A stretch of DNA of 64,000 bases, from NCBI GenBank assembly GCA_963653425.1, contig CAVJWC010000001.1:55596-119595 (forward strand), read 5' to 3'. Of this stretch, positions 7,891 to 15,671 are shown piece after piece. This stretch comes from Eubacterium sp. Its GTDB lineage: Bacteria > Bacillota > Clostridia > Christensenellales > CAG-314. Position 1 is the stretch's first letter; every line of letters starts with the position of its first letter. The notes beneath the pieces were generated by a model that was not told the DNA's origin, did no database searches, and saw nothing but the letters and a program-made list of their open reading frames with translations. A program made the position numbers and the translations under genes.

Positions 7891-9450
7891 ATGGCGAAAG
7901 ATAAAAACGAGTTGTCAACGGAAAAAGGCGCGCTTTTCAGATTGCCCGATTCTTACTTTGACGGCGTAAAAACGGAGAAAACGCTGGATTTTCTTAACGA
8001 CGGAGCAACTTATACGTTTACTCCGCAAAACGAAGCTTACGGAGAAGAAAAGCTTTCGGGCGATTCTCTGCGTGGCGACGTTATGGATTCAGAGGGCGAA
8101 AGCATAGGCGTTTTCGATTTCGACGGAGGGTATATTCCCGCAACGAAGAAGAAACAGCTTGCGCAAAAGCAGAAAGATCAGACAAAAGTGCAGGAAGAAG
8201 AGGACGAAGAACCCGTTAAACGCAGGGCTTCGGACGGCATTCAGATAGTAGACCTTCCCGTTGAGATAAAGCCCGCGTCGCAACAGATTCTGCCGACGGC
8301 TATCGGGGATAATTTCGGCGGTTCTCAGTTCAGAACGGCTGTTATCAACGGAGAAAGAGTAGTTTACGCGCCCATGGATTCCATGATGAACGGAGGAATG
8401 AATCCTTTCGGAATGATGACTCCCAACATCACCATAAACCCGCAGAACATTACGATAAATCCGCAGTCCGTCACCATGAACCCGAGCGTCGTTCAGATGA
8501 ACCCGGAAACCGTTACGATGAATCCCAACGTAGTTACGATGAATCCCGAAACGGTTACCATGAACCCCAACGTGGTACAGATGAATCCCGAGACCGTTCA
8601 GATGAACCCCGGGGTAGTAAATATGAACCCCGAAGTCGTTCAGATGCGTCCCGAAGTCGTACAGCTCAAAACCGACGCCGTTCAGATGAAGACCGATTCG
8701 GTCAATATGGCTCCTACGGAAGTTAATATAGAAAAACCCGAAACGAATACCGATCGTCAGGCTTTACCGAACGCGAAGGAGGGAGCGGGCGCCGAAACTC
8801 AGACCGTTCCGCTCGTAAAAGACGAAAAACCTTCTTCCGAACAGAACAACGCCGATTTGTCCGCAAGAGCGGGATATAAGGTTAAAGTCGAAGACCAGCA
8901 GATAAGCCTTGACGACGAGTTTATAAGCACTATTTCAACCCGTATCGTGGGCGAACTCAAAAAAGACGGCGTCGTTTTCTTCAGTAATTCTTCCGCAAAT
9001 GCGGCTGTGGATTCGGGCTTTAAGTACGGAGCCGAAGAAGAACCCGAAGCTGAAAAGAACGAAGAAACTTCAGACCAGGAGGACGCGGACGATAAATCCC
9101 TTTCGCAGAAAGCGGGAGCTTCCGACAGAGGACGTTCGCGTACGTCCGAAGGCGTGAAAGTGGAAGTTCTGGACGAGGAAGATTCTCATAAACCCGTAGA
9201 ACCCGAAATAATCGAACTCGGAGGTGCGCCCGTCACGCCCGCGTCTCAGGCTAAATCCGAAATGAAGAAGAAGCCTTCTTTCCTTAGAGATTTGTTCAAC
9301 AGAATTCTCTCGATTTTTAGAGGCGGAAGGAAGAATACCGAAAACGGCGTTAAGTCTCTTCCCGCAGGAAATTCGGGTAAAAAAGCTTTAAGCGAAAAAA
9401 TCGAAGGCGCGGATAAACTCGGTTCGGTTTACGACTATTTCGGAGAATAA
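7891..9450 (+). CDS. hypothetical acidic protein with 15 tandem V-x-M-N-P-x-x heptads
   Basis: 519 aa, RBS GAGGAT, no signal peptide or TM. Heptad array at 8428-8742. The C-terminus contains an amphipathic stretch PSFLRDLFNRILSIF. No family recognised. Confidence 0.75.
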   Translation: MAKDKNELSTEKGALFRLPDSYFDGVKTEKTLDFLNDGATYTFTPQNEAYGEEKLSGDSLRGDVMDSEGESIGVFDFDGGYIPATKKKQLAQKQKDQTKVQEEEDEEPVKRRASDGIQIVDLPVEIKPASQQILPTAIGDNFGGSQFRTAVINGERVVYAPMDSMMNGGMNPFGMMTPNITINPQNITINPQSVTMNPSVVQMNPETVTMNPNVVTMNPETVTMNPNVVQMNPETVQMNPGVVNMNPEVVQMRPEVVQLKTDAVQMKTDSVNMAPTEVNIEKPETNTDRQALPNAKEGAGAETQTVPLVKDEKPSSEQNNADLSARAGYKVKVEDQQISLDDEFISTISTRIVGELKKDGVVFFSNSSANAAVDSGFKYGAEEEPEAEKNEETSDQEDADDKSLSQKAGASDRGRSRTSEGVKVEVLDEEDSHKPVEPEIIELGGAPVTPASQAKSEMKKKPSFLRDLFNRILSIFRGGRKNTENGVKSLPAGNSGKKALSEKIEGADKLGSVYDYFGE

Positions 9451-9538
9451 AACGAGTAACGATAAAAGCGCGTGAAACCGCCGTTAGTCGCAGACAGGAA
9501 GGCAACTAAGGCTTTTACGCCACATAGGAAGTGAAATA

Positions 9539-10738
9539 ATGAAGATTGAAACACGGATCGAATTCGGCGGATTTACCGATAACCTCAGATCGCTCGGAAA
9601 ATACAACGACAAACAGGTTATTATGGACGGGATTATCCCGGGAGAAACCGCAGACGTCGTTCTTACCGATAAAATAGACGAGGTTTATTACGGAAAACCC
9701 GTAAAAATCGTTAAACCGTCGAAATTCAGAGTAAAACCGCCCTGCGAGTATTATGATACCTGCGGAAACTGTTCTCTGCAACATATCGACTATCAGTTTC
9801 AGGTCGAATCCAAGCTTAAAATTCTTGGTAAAAAGCTTGCTCCTTTCGATAAAGAGGTAACCGTTCTGCCGGCAGAGAAGGTCTTTTTCCCTTATAAATA
9901 CAGAAATCACGTTTCGCTTTATTTTTCGCACAAAAAAGACAGGATCACTCTCGGCTACAAAGATTTGCGGACGGGTTTAGTGACGGATATCGATTCCTGC
10001 GCCGTTTGCGATAAATGGATTGCAGTCCTTATCAAAACGGTAAAGAGTTTCGCGGGTAAGTTCAAGATCAGAAGTTTCAATCCCGTAACGGGCGAAGGCA
10101 AGCTTATTTCGCTTAACGCTATTTTTACGGACAACAGACTTATTCTCGCTGTCCAGACGGCGAGCGAATCTCTTATGGGTTCGGCTTGGCTGTATAAGGA
10201 ACTTTGCGCCGTTTTCGGGAAGGTCAGCTTCTATACCTGTTTCAGAACGGACGCAGGTCTTCAATATAACTTAATCGGAGGCGAAAGAAGAGCTTCCGTC
10301 AGGTTCTGCGGTAAAGATTTACCCGTTAAACCCAATATGCGTCTTCCCGTAAACGATAAGCTTTTCGGTAAGCTTTTCCGCGCGGTGGAAGAAAAAATCG
10401 GCGAAGAATACACGCTCGTATCGGGCGATTGTTCGGCTACGTTAACCGAACTTCTCTCGGACAATCCCAACGTTTTCATTAAAAAATCGAACGATATGCC
10501 CGCAAAGAAACCTTTACAGAGTTTTATCGAACTCAAAGACGGTTTCGAGGACAATCAGCTCAGATTTATAAAGACTTTCAGAACGAAAAGACTTTTGATT
10601 CTGCTTAACGATTGCGATCGGATCGAAGAGACGGTAAAGACCGTCGTTAACGAAAAATATCGGAGCGTAACCGTTACGCCTTTCGATATGCAACCGCAAA
10701 CGAAGAAGCTTTCCGCGCTTCTTTTTTGCGAGACCTAA
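9539..10738 (+). CDS. RumA/TrmA-like protein (TRAM + Fe-S Cys cluster) with degenerate methyltransferase motifs
   Basis: The N-terminus has a TRAM-like fold pattern and CEYYDTCGNCSLQH plus a later C...C (DIDSCAVCDKW), as in 23S rRNA U-methyltransferases. The C-terminus retains PFDMQPQT, which resembles the family's terminal DMFPxT motif as I recall it. I cannot find the GxGxG or catalytic SCNP motifs. Confidence 0.6.
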   Translation: MKIETRIEFGGFTDNLRSLGKYNDKQVIMDGIIPGETADVVLTDKIDEVYYGKPVKIVKPSKFRVKPPCEYYDTCGNCSLQHIDYQFQVESKLKILGKKLAPFDKEVTVLPAEKVFFPYKYRNHVSLYFSHKKDRITLGYKDLRTGLVTDIDSCAVCDKWIAVLIKTVKSFAGKFKIRSFNPVTGEGKLISLNAIFTDNRLILAVQTASESLMGSAWLYKELCAVFGKVSFYTCFRTDAGLQYNLIGGERRASVRFCGKDLPVKPNMRLPVNDKLFGKLFRAVEEKIGEEYTLVSGDCSATLTELLSDNPNVFIKKSNDMPAKKPLQSFIELKDGFEDNQLRFIKTFRTKRLLILLNDCDRIEETVKTVVNEKYRSVTVTPFDMQPQTKKLSALLFCET

Positions 10739-10780
10739 AAAAACGAACCGCCCCAAGCGGACGGATAACGGAGACTTACA

Positions 10781-11704
10781 ATGAATATTTTGGTTTCGGG
10801 CTTAGTGAACATAGAAACTTCCGTACCTGTGCGCGGATTTCCCGTTCGCTATTACCCGATAGATTATCTGTTCGGAAGCGTTACGAGTACGGTTTCGGGC
10901 GTAGGCTTCAATATAGCCAAGGCTTTGTCGCGACTGGGCGACGAAGTGGATATGGTATCCCTTATAGGCAACGATTTTTACGGCGATTTTGCGCTGAAAA
11001 AGCTTAAAGAGTGCGGTATAAACACTCGTCTCGTGAGAAAACAACTCGAACTTACCTGCCATTCGGTAGTGCTTTACGATAAGGACGGAAGCAACCAGAT
11101 TTACTGCGACCTTAAAGACGTGCAGAACCAGCCTTACGTGCAGAATACCGATAAGGCTCTTATGAGAAGCGAACTTGCCGTTCTTTGCAACATCAACTTT
11201 TCTCGGTCGCTTTTGTCGAGAGCAAAACAGCTGAATATTCCGATAGCTACCGACTGTCACGTTTTAAGCGACGTACACGACAGCTTCAACCTCGAATTTA
11301 TGAGATACGCGGATATTCTGTTCCTTTCAAATTCCGCTATTTCAGGTAGCGAATACAGCTTCATAAGGCAACTTGCGGCTACCTATTCGAGTAAGATTAT
11401 CGTAATAGGTATGGGCAAAGAGGGCGCGATGATGTATACGAGAGACAACGATACGATAAGACATTATCCCGTTCCCACCGACGAAAGCTTTGCCAATACG
11501 AGCGGAGCGGGCGACGCGCTTTTCGCATGCTTCGTGCATTATTACGCCAAGGACAAAAATCCCGAACGCGCTTTGGATTACGCTCAGGTTTTCGCCACGA
11601 GTAAACTTCATTCGCCTACTCCCGACGGAGGATTTTTAAGCGAAGAAGAGCTTGAAAACTATATCGGAAAGATCCGTCCCGCCGAGAAACAAGCCGAGAA
11701 ATAA
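10781..11704 (+). CDS. PfkB-family carbohydrate kinase
   Basis: 307 aa, C-terminal TSGAGDALFACFVHYY (PfkB signature 2). RBS ACGGAG. Confidence 0.85.
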   Translation: MNILVSGLVNIETSVPVRGFPVRYYPIDYLFGSVTSTVSGVGFNIAKALSRLGDEVDMVSLIGNDFYGDFALKKLKECGINTRLVRKQLELTCHSVVLYDKDGSNQIYCDLKDVQNQPYVQNTDKALMRSELAVLCNINFSRSLLSRAKQLNIPIATDCHVLSDVHDSFNLEFMRYADILFLSNSAISGSEYSFIRQLAATYSSKIIVIGMGKEGAMMYTRDNDTIRHYPVPTDESFANTSGAGDALFACFVHYYAKDKNPERALDYAQVFATSKLHSPTPDGGFLSEEELENYIGKIRPAEKQAEK

Positions 11705-11732
11705 AACGCAAAAACAATTCCATAAGTAAACT

Positions 11733-11777
11733 GAAAGCGTCCTTGCCGTAAAACTACGGAACGAAGGACGCTTTTTG
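11733..11777. terminator. bidirectional intrinsic terminator (PfkB kinase / lexA)
   Basis: aaAGCGTCCTTgccgtaaaactacggaacgAAGGACGCTtttt between converging genes. Confidence 0.75.
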
Positions 11778-11832
11778 TAATTATTATAATTTATAGTTTT
11801 AAGGAAAGTTTACGAATTTTTCATAAACCGAT

Positions 11833-12438
11833 TTACCAGTTAAACTGACGGATGCTTCCAACGACTTTACCTATAACCGAAATGTTTTCCGAGAATTCCA
11901 TATCGGCGTACTTTGGGTTTTCCGCGTGCAGAGTAACGTGGTCGTCGTGATAAAAAATGCGTTTTACGGTAACGTCGCCGTCGATGTAAGCCACGACGAT
12001 GTCGCCGTTTTTAGTGGAGCTGTCGCTGTCCACGATAATAAAATCGTCGTTGAAAATGCCCGCGCCTATCATACTGTCACCGCTGACTCTCAGAAGGAAA
12101 AGATTGTCTCCGCGGAAGATATTCCCGGGGAGAGAATAAAACTCTTCTATGTTTTCCGCCGCAAATATAGGCAGACCTGCGCTGACTCGTCCGAGTAAAG
12201 GAAATTTTCGTGTGTTCGTCGGAATTTCGGAATTTTTAAGGCTCAAAGAACGGTTGATGTTGTTCTTTTTGGAAATCTTTCCCATCTTTTCGAGCTTATT
12301 GAAATAATACTGAACGGTAGCGGTGGAGTTAAACCCCATGTTCTTCATAATATCTCTTACCGTAGGAGCGTAACCGTTTTTTTCTATAAAATCCTGAATG
12401 CGGAGAAGGACTTCTTCCGATTTATCCGAGCGTGACAT
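11833..12438 (-). CDS. lexA: LexA repressor
   Basis: 201 aa. Winged-helix N-terminus (IQDFIEKNGYAPTVRDI), S24 peptidase C-terminus with GDSM and VKR motifs. Confidence 0.93.
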   Translation of the reverse strand: MSRSDKSEEVLLRIQDFIEKNGYAPTVRDIMKNMGFNSTATVQYYFNKLEKMGKISKKNNINRSLSLKNSEIPTNTRKFPLLGRVSAGLPIFAAENIEEFYSLPGNIFRGDNLFLLRVSGDSMIGAGIFNDDFIIVDSDSSTKNGDIVVAYIDGDVTVKRIFYHDDHVTLHAENPKYADMEFSENISVIGKVVGSIRQFNW

Positions 12439-12501
12439 TTTCTACCTCCTTTCATTATCCCCGATTATTTGCAGTCAATCAATATAAAAACCGAAAGTTC
12501 G

Positions 12502-13003
12502 GCGTTTCGTTCGTTCTTAGCGATATTTTACGGAAATCGATCGGCATATTCGCCCTTAAACTTTTTCCCGATTCCCGTATACGATCCGTATAAAAACTGA
12601 ACGCCTACCGATTTTATACATTATACACTAATATTCCCGAACTGGCAAGCGTTTTTTTATGGCTAAAAACGTTTGTTTAATAAATTGGTCTTTGCGTTCC
12701 GTTTATTATCCCTGATTATCTTACGGAAACAAATCGGTTTAGCCTTCGTTTTACTCCCTCTTACGTATATAAAGTACGCCCTCAGCTCAAAGCTTCGGTT
12801 AAACTACCCACCAATGTGGCGATTTCTTCCGCGTAAAAACGCTACGCGCCACAGTTGCATATTTTTAGCGAATTAAAAGCGGTTACTGTGCTAATCGGCA
12901 ATAACGAATGTTGCGCTTAGCGTTCCGTTCGCAACACTCGTATTTTTTACGGAAACAAATCGGTTTAGCCGTGGTTACTATGCCAATCGGCGATAACGAA
13001 TGT
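12502..13003. repeat. composite intergenic repeat (three A units, two B units)
   Basis: A1 12694-12744 and A2 12920-12970 share an identical 10 bp (GCGTTCCGTT) and an identical 24 bp (TTACGGAAACAAATCGGTTTAGCC) around unrelated 17-bp cores. A3 12502-12544 is a degenerate copy. B1 12879-12911 and B2 12971-13003 are 29/33 identical. Confidence 0.85.
12620..12648 (-). promoter_or_regulatory. sigmaA-type promoter upstream of lexA
   Basis: Minus strand: TTGCCA (12648-12643), 17 nt spacer, TATAAT (12625-12620). About 180 nt upstream of the lexA ATG. Confidence 0.45.
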
Positions 13004-13017
13004 AATACCAACCGTTT

Positions 13018-14304
13018 TTATTCTTCGTTTGTTTTATCGGGCAGGAATATCTTTTTCTCGCCGTTATCCGGATAAGCCGAATATTCTTTCAGAAATTTTT
13101 CCGAGATAACGCAGTTGTAGACCACGCCGTCGCTAAGGACTTCGCGTTTGATTATAACGGCGTTTTTTTCTATCGAAGCAAGAGCCTTTCCGTCGGTAAA
13201 AGGAATTTTAAGTCTGCAATTTACCGATTCTCCGAAAAGAGCCGTTTCTATGCGTTTTTTCAGCGTAGTAAAACCCGTTTTTGTTTTTGCGGAAACGAGA
13301 AGCATATCCGAAGAAAAATATCTTTCTATAGCCGTTCTGTCTATGAGGTCGCATTTATTGAAAACCGTTATAACGGGAGCTTTACATCCGAGAGATTCAA
13401 GCGTTTTAAGAGTTACTTCTATGTGAGCTTCGTGATTTATATCGGAAACGTCGCATACGTTGAGAATAAGGTCGGCGTAAAGAGCTTCTTCGAGAGTGGA
13501 GCGGAAGGACGCTATTAAATCGGTGGGAATGTTTCTTATAAAACCTACCGTATCTATAACCACGGCAAAAGATCCGTTGTCGAAATCCAATTTTCTTGCC
13601 GACGGATCGAGAGTCGCGAAAAGCTGATCGGCTACGAAAACGTCCGACGACGTGAGAGCGTTCAGAAGAGAGGACTTACCCGCGTTCGTGTAACCCACGA
13701 GAGCCACGCAGGGAATATTGTTTCTGACGCGTCTTTTACGATGGTTATCGCGCGTTTTCTCCATTTCGTCGATACGGTTTTCGAGAACGGAAATTCTTTT
13801 TCTTATATAACGTTTGTCCGTTTCGAGTTTGGTTTCGCCCGGACCTCTCGTGCCTATGCCTCCGCCGAGACGGGAAAGTTCTTTTCTCGAACCTATAAGA
13901 CGGGGAAGGTTGTATTTCATCTGCGCGAGTTCGACCTGAAGTTTTCCTTCCGAGCTTTTTGCGCGCGAAGCGAATATATCGAGAATAAGCGCCGTTCTGT
14001 CGATTACTTTACAGTCTATGACTTTACTTACTTCCGCAATCTGAGAGGGCGTGAGTTCGTTTTCGAAAATAACCGCGTCTATATCGAGATTTTCCGCGTA
14101 ATGCGCGACTTCTTCGAGTTTTCCGCTTCCGAGTACGGTCTGGGGATCTATGCTGTTTCGTTTCTGAATGACCGTTTCTATAACTTCTCCGCCCGCGCTT
14201 TCCACGAGACTCGTGAGTTCGTCGAGAATATACTTTACGTCTTCGTTGTCTTTATATACGTAAACGAGAAGAACCCGTTCTTTTTCGTGCGTTGTTTCAT
14301 TCAT
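13018..14304 (-). CDS. hflX: GTPase HflX
   Basis: 428 aa. HflX N-domain followed by a G-domain with GYTNAGKSSLLNALT (G1), DTVGF (G3), NKCD (G4). Confidence 0.93.
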   Translation of the reverse strand: MNETTHEKERVLLVYVYKDNEDVKYILDELTSLVESAGGEVIETVIQKRNSIDPQTVLGSGKLEEVAHYAENLDIDAVIFENELTPSQIAEVSKVIDCKVIDRTALILDIFASRAKSSEGKLQVELAQMKYNLPRLIGSRKELSRLGGGIGTRGPGETKLETDKRYIRKRISVLENRIDEMEKTRDNHRKRRVRNNIPCVALVGYTNAGKSSLLNALTSSDVFVADQLFATLDPSARKLDFDNGSFAVVIDTVGFIRNIPTDLIASFRSTLEEALYADLILNVCDVSDINHEAHIEVTLKTLESLGCKAPVITVFNKCDLIDRTAIERYFSSDMLLVSAKTKTGFTTLKKRIETALFGESVNCRLKIPFTDGKALASIEKNAVIIKREVLSDGVVYNCVISEKFLKEYSAYPDNGEKKIFLPDKTNEE

Positions 14305-15385
14305 CTTTTTTGTCGTCGTCCTCCGTTTTTCTGTGAAGTTTGACTTTGTCCGAAGCTTTTTTCCTTATGTCGTCGGTAATCGCAGCGTAGTGCTTTTTCG
14401 TGGTGTTTACGTCTCTGTGTCCAAGAACGTCCGCCACGACGTAAATATCTCCCGTTTCGCGGTAAAGTTCCGTGCCGTAAGTGCTTCTCAGTTTATGCGG
14501 TGTGATTTTTTTAAGAGGAACGCTTAATCGGGAGTATTTTTTTACCAGAAGTTCTATAGAGCGCGCGGAAAGTCTTTCTTTACTCTTTGAAAGAAAGAGA
14601 GCGCGTTGGTTTTTATCTACTTCTTCGTCGGAAAGTCTTGCGTCTATATAGGGCATAAGAGCTTCTGCGACTTCTTCCGAAAAATAAAGAATAACCCGAT
14701 TTCCGCCCTTTCTCGTTACGACGAAAGAGTTATCTGTGAAGTTTATATCGTCCACGTTAAGTCCCACGCATTCGCTTATACGGATACCCGTGCCGAGAAG
14801 CAGAGTAACTATAGCCGTGTCGCGAAGTTTGTTTTTATCGTGAAAGGCTTTCTGATGTTTTGTCATTCCGCAGCCCGTTTCCACCGTTTCGAGAAAGTCG
14901 GAAATCTCGTTTCCTTTAAGTCTTATAATCTCTTTCTCGTGAATCTTGGGCGTGCTTACTTTGGAGGCTGCGTTATGAGAAATGTAGTCGTTTTTATACA
15001 GGAAATTCATAAGCGCGCGTATCGAAGAAAGCTTTCTTGCCTTTCCTTTTTCGCTGTTTTTCTGAACTTCGTCGTCTTTTTCGTATATCGAAACGTAACT
15101 TAAAAAGCATTCGATTTCAAATGCGGTTATGGTTTCCATATCCCTGAAACCGAACTTTTTTACGTCGTAATCGTTGAATCTGTCTATATTCCTTATGCAA
15201 TAATCGAAAAAGACTCTCAGGTCGTAAGCGTAATTCAGCCGAGTGAGCATAGTCGTGCGGTTTTCTATCGCAACGAAAAATTGCAGACAAAAGGCAGGCA
15301 GGTCGTTTTTAATAACGTAATCCAGCCTTTGTTTGTTTATAACGTCTCTTTGTTTGAAATAGTCGTTTCCGATGTTTTTATCCAT
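14297..15385 (-). CDS. tyrosine recombinase, XerC/XerD family
   Basis: 362 aa. C-terminal HKLRSTYGTELY...LGHRDVNTTKKHY (R..H-x-x-R..Y catalytic pattern). 8-nt overlap with hflX. RBS AAGAGG. Confidence 0.85.
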   Translation of the reverse strand: MDKNIGNDYFKQRDVINKQRLDYVIKNDLPAFCLQFFVAIENRTTMLTRLNYAYDLRVFFDYCIRNIDRFNDYDVKKFGFRDMETITAFEIECFLSYVSIYEKDDEVQKNSEKGKARKLSSIRALMNFLYKNDYISHNAASKVSTPKIHEKEIIRLKGNEISDFLETVETGCGMTKHQKAFHDKNKLRDTAIVTLLLGTGIRISECVGLNVDDINFTDNSFVVTRKGGNRVILYFSEEVAEALMPYIDARLSDEEVDKNQRALFLSKSKERLSARSIELLVKKYSRLSVPLKKITPHKLRSTYGTELYRETGDIYVVADVLGHRDVNTTKKHYAAITDDIRKKASDKVKLHRKTEDDDKKDE

Positions 15386-15510
15386 TTGTTTCGCCTCTTT
15401 TCGATTTTAACATTTTTTCGCGCCGTTGTAAAGTGCTTAGCTTAAAAATGTAATTTACATAGAAATTCCGTTAGACGACGGCTACCCGAACCGTAACGAC
15501 GTGAGCGACG

Positions 15511-15583
15511 CCGATAAAAACGGAGGAAAAACGCCGCCGATAAAAACGGAGGAAAAACGCCTGTAAAAACGGAAAAAACGACG
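15511..15583. repeat. tandem 26-bp repeat, about 3 copies
   Basis: CCGATAAAAACGGAGGAAAAACGCCG (15511-15536), a second copy 25/26 identical (15537-15562), then a degenerate third unit. Confidence 0.85.
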
Positions 15584-15588
15584 CCGAT

Positions 15589-15613
15589 TAAAAAAGGCTG
15601 CCCGAAGGCAGCC
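15589..15613 (-). terminator. intrinsic terminator of spo0A
   Basis: GGCTGCC-ttcg-GGCAGCC followed by TTTTTT on the minus strand. Confidence 0.8.
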
Positions 15614-15671
15614 ATAACACAGCTTGGGTTTTTCTCGGGAAGACGGGGAGAAAAATTTCCCTTAAAAAACT

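Noticed and set aside
12439-12690. LexA (Cheo/SOS) box upstream of lexA.
   Set aside because: Only weak candidates were found. AAAACGTTTGTTTA (about 12667-12680) keeps AAC..GTT but lacks the flanking G/C and lies upstream of the candidate promoter. CGCTTGCCAGTTCG has one good half-site only. CCGAAAGTTCGG has the wrong spacing. None justifies a feature call, and the operator may be divergent in this lineage.
12673-12876. Small ORFs lying wholly in intergenic repeats or terminators: 12673-12876, 7504-7704, 42302-42526 and 52351-52998.
   Set aside because: They have no RBS. Their composition is driven by repeats, poly-A/T tracts or terminator hairpins. The 7504-7704 ORF reads straight through the rho terminator.
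14297-15385. The Xer-like tyrosine recombinase as the integrase of a prophage or integrative element.
   Set aside because: It overlaps hflX by 8 nt in an operon. It is flanked only by housekeeping genes (spo0A, hflX, lexA). There is no adjacent tRNA, excisionase, phage or conjugation gene, and no flanking direct repeats that bracket foreign DNA. It is most simply a chromosomal Xer-family recombinase.
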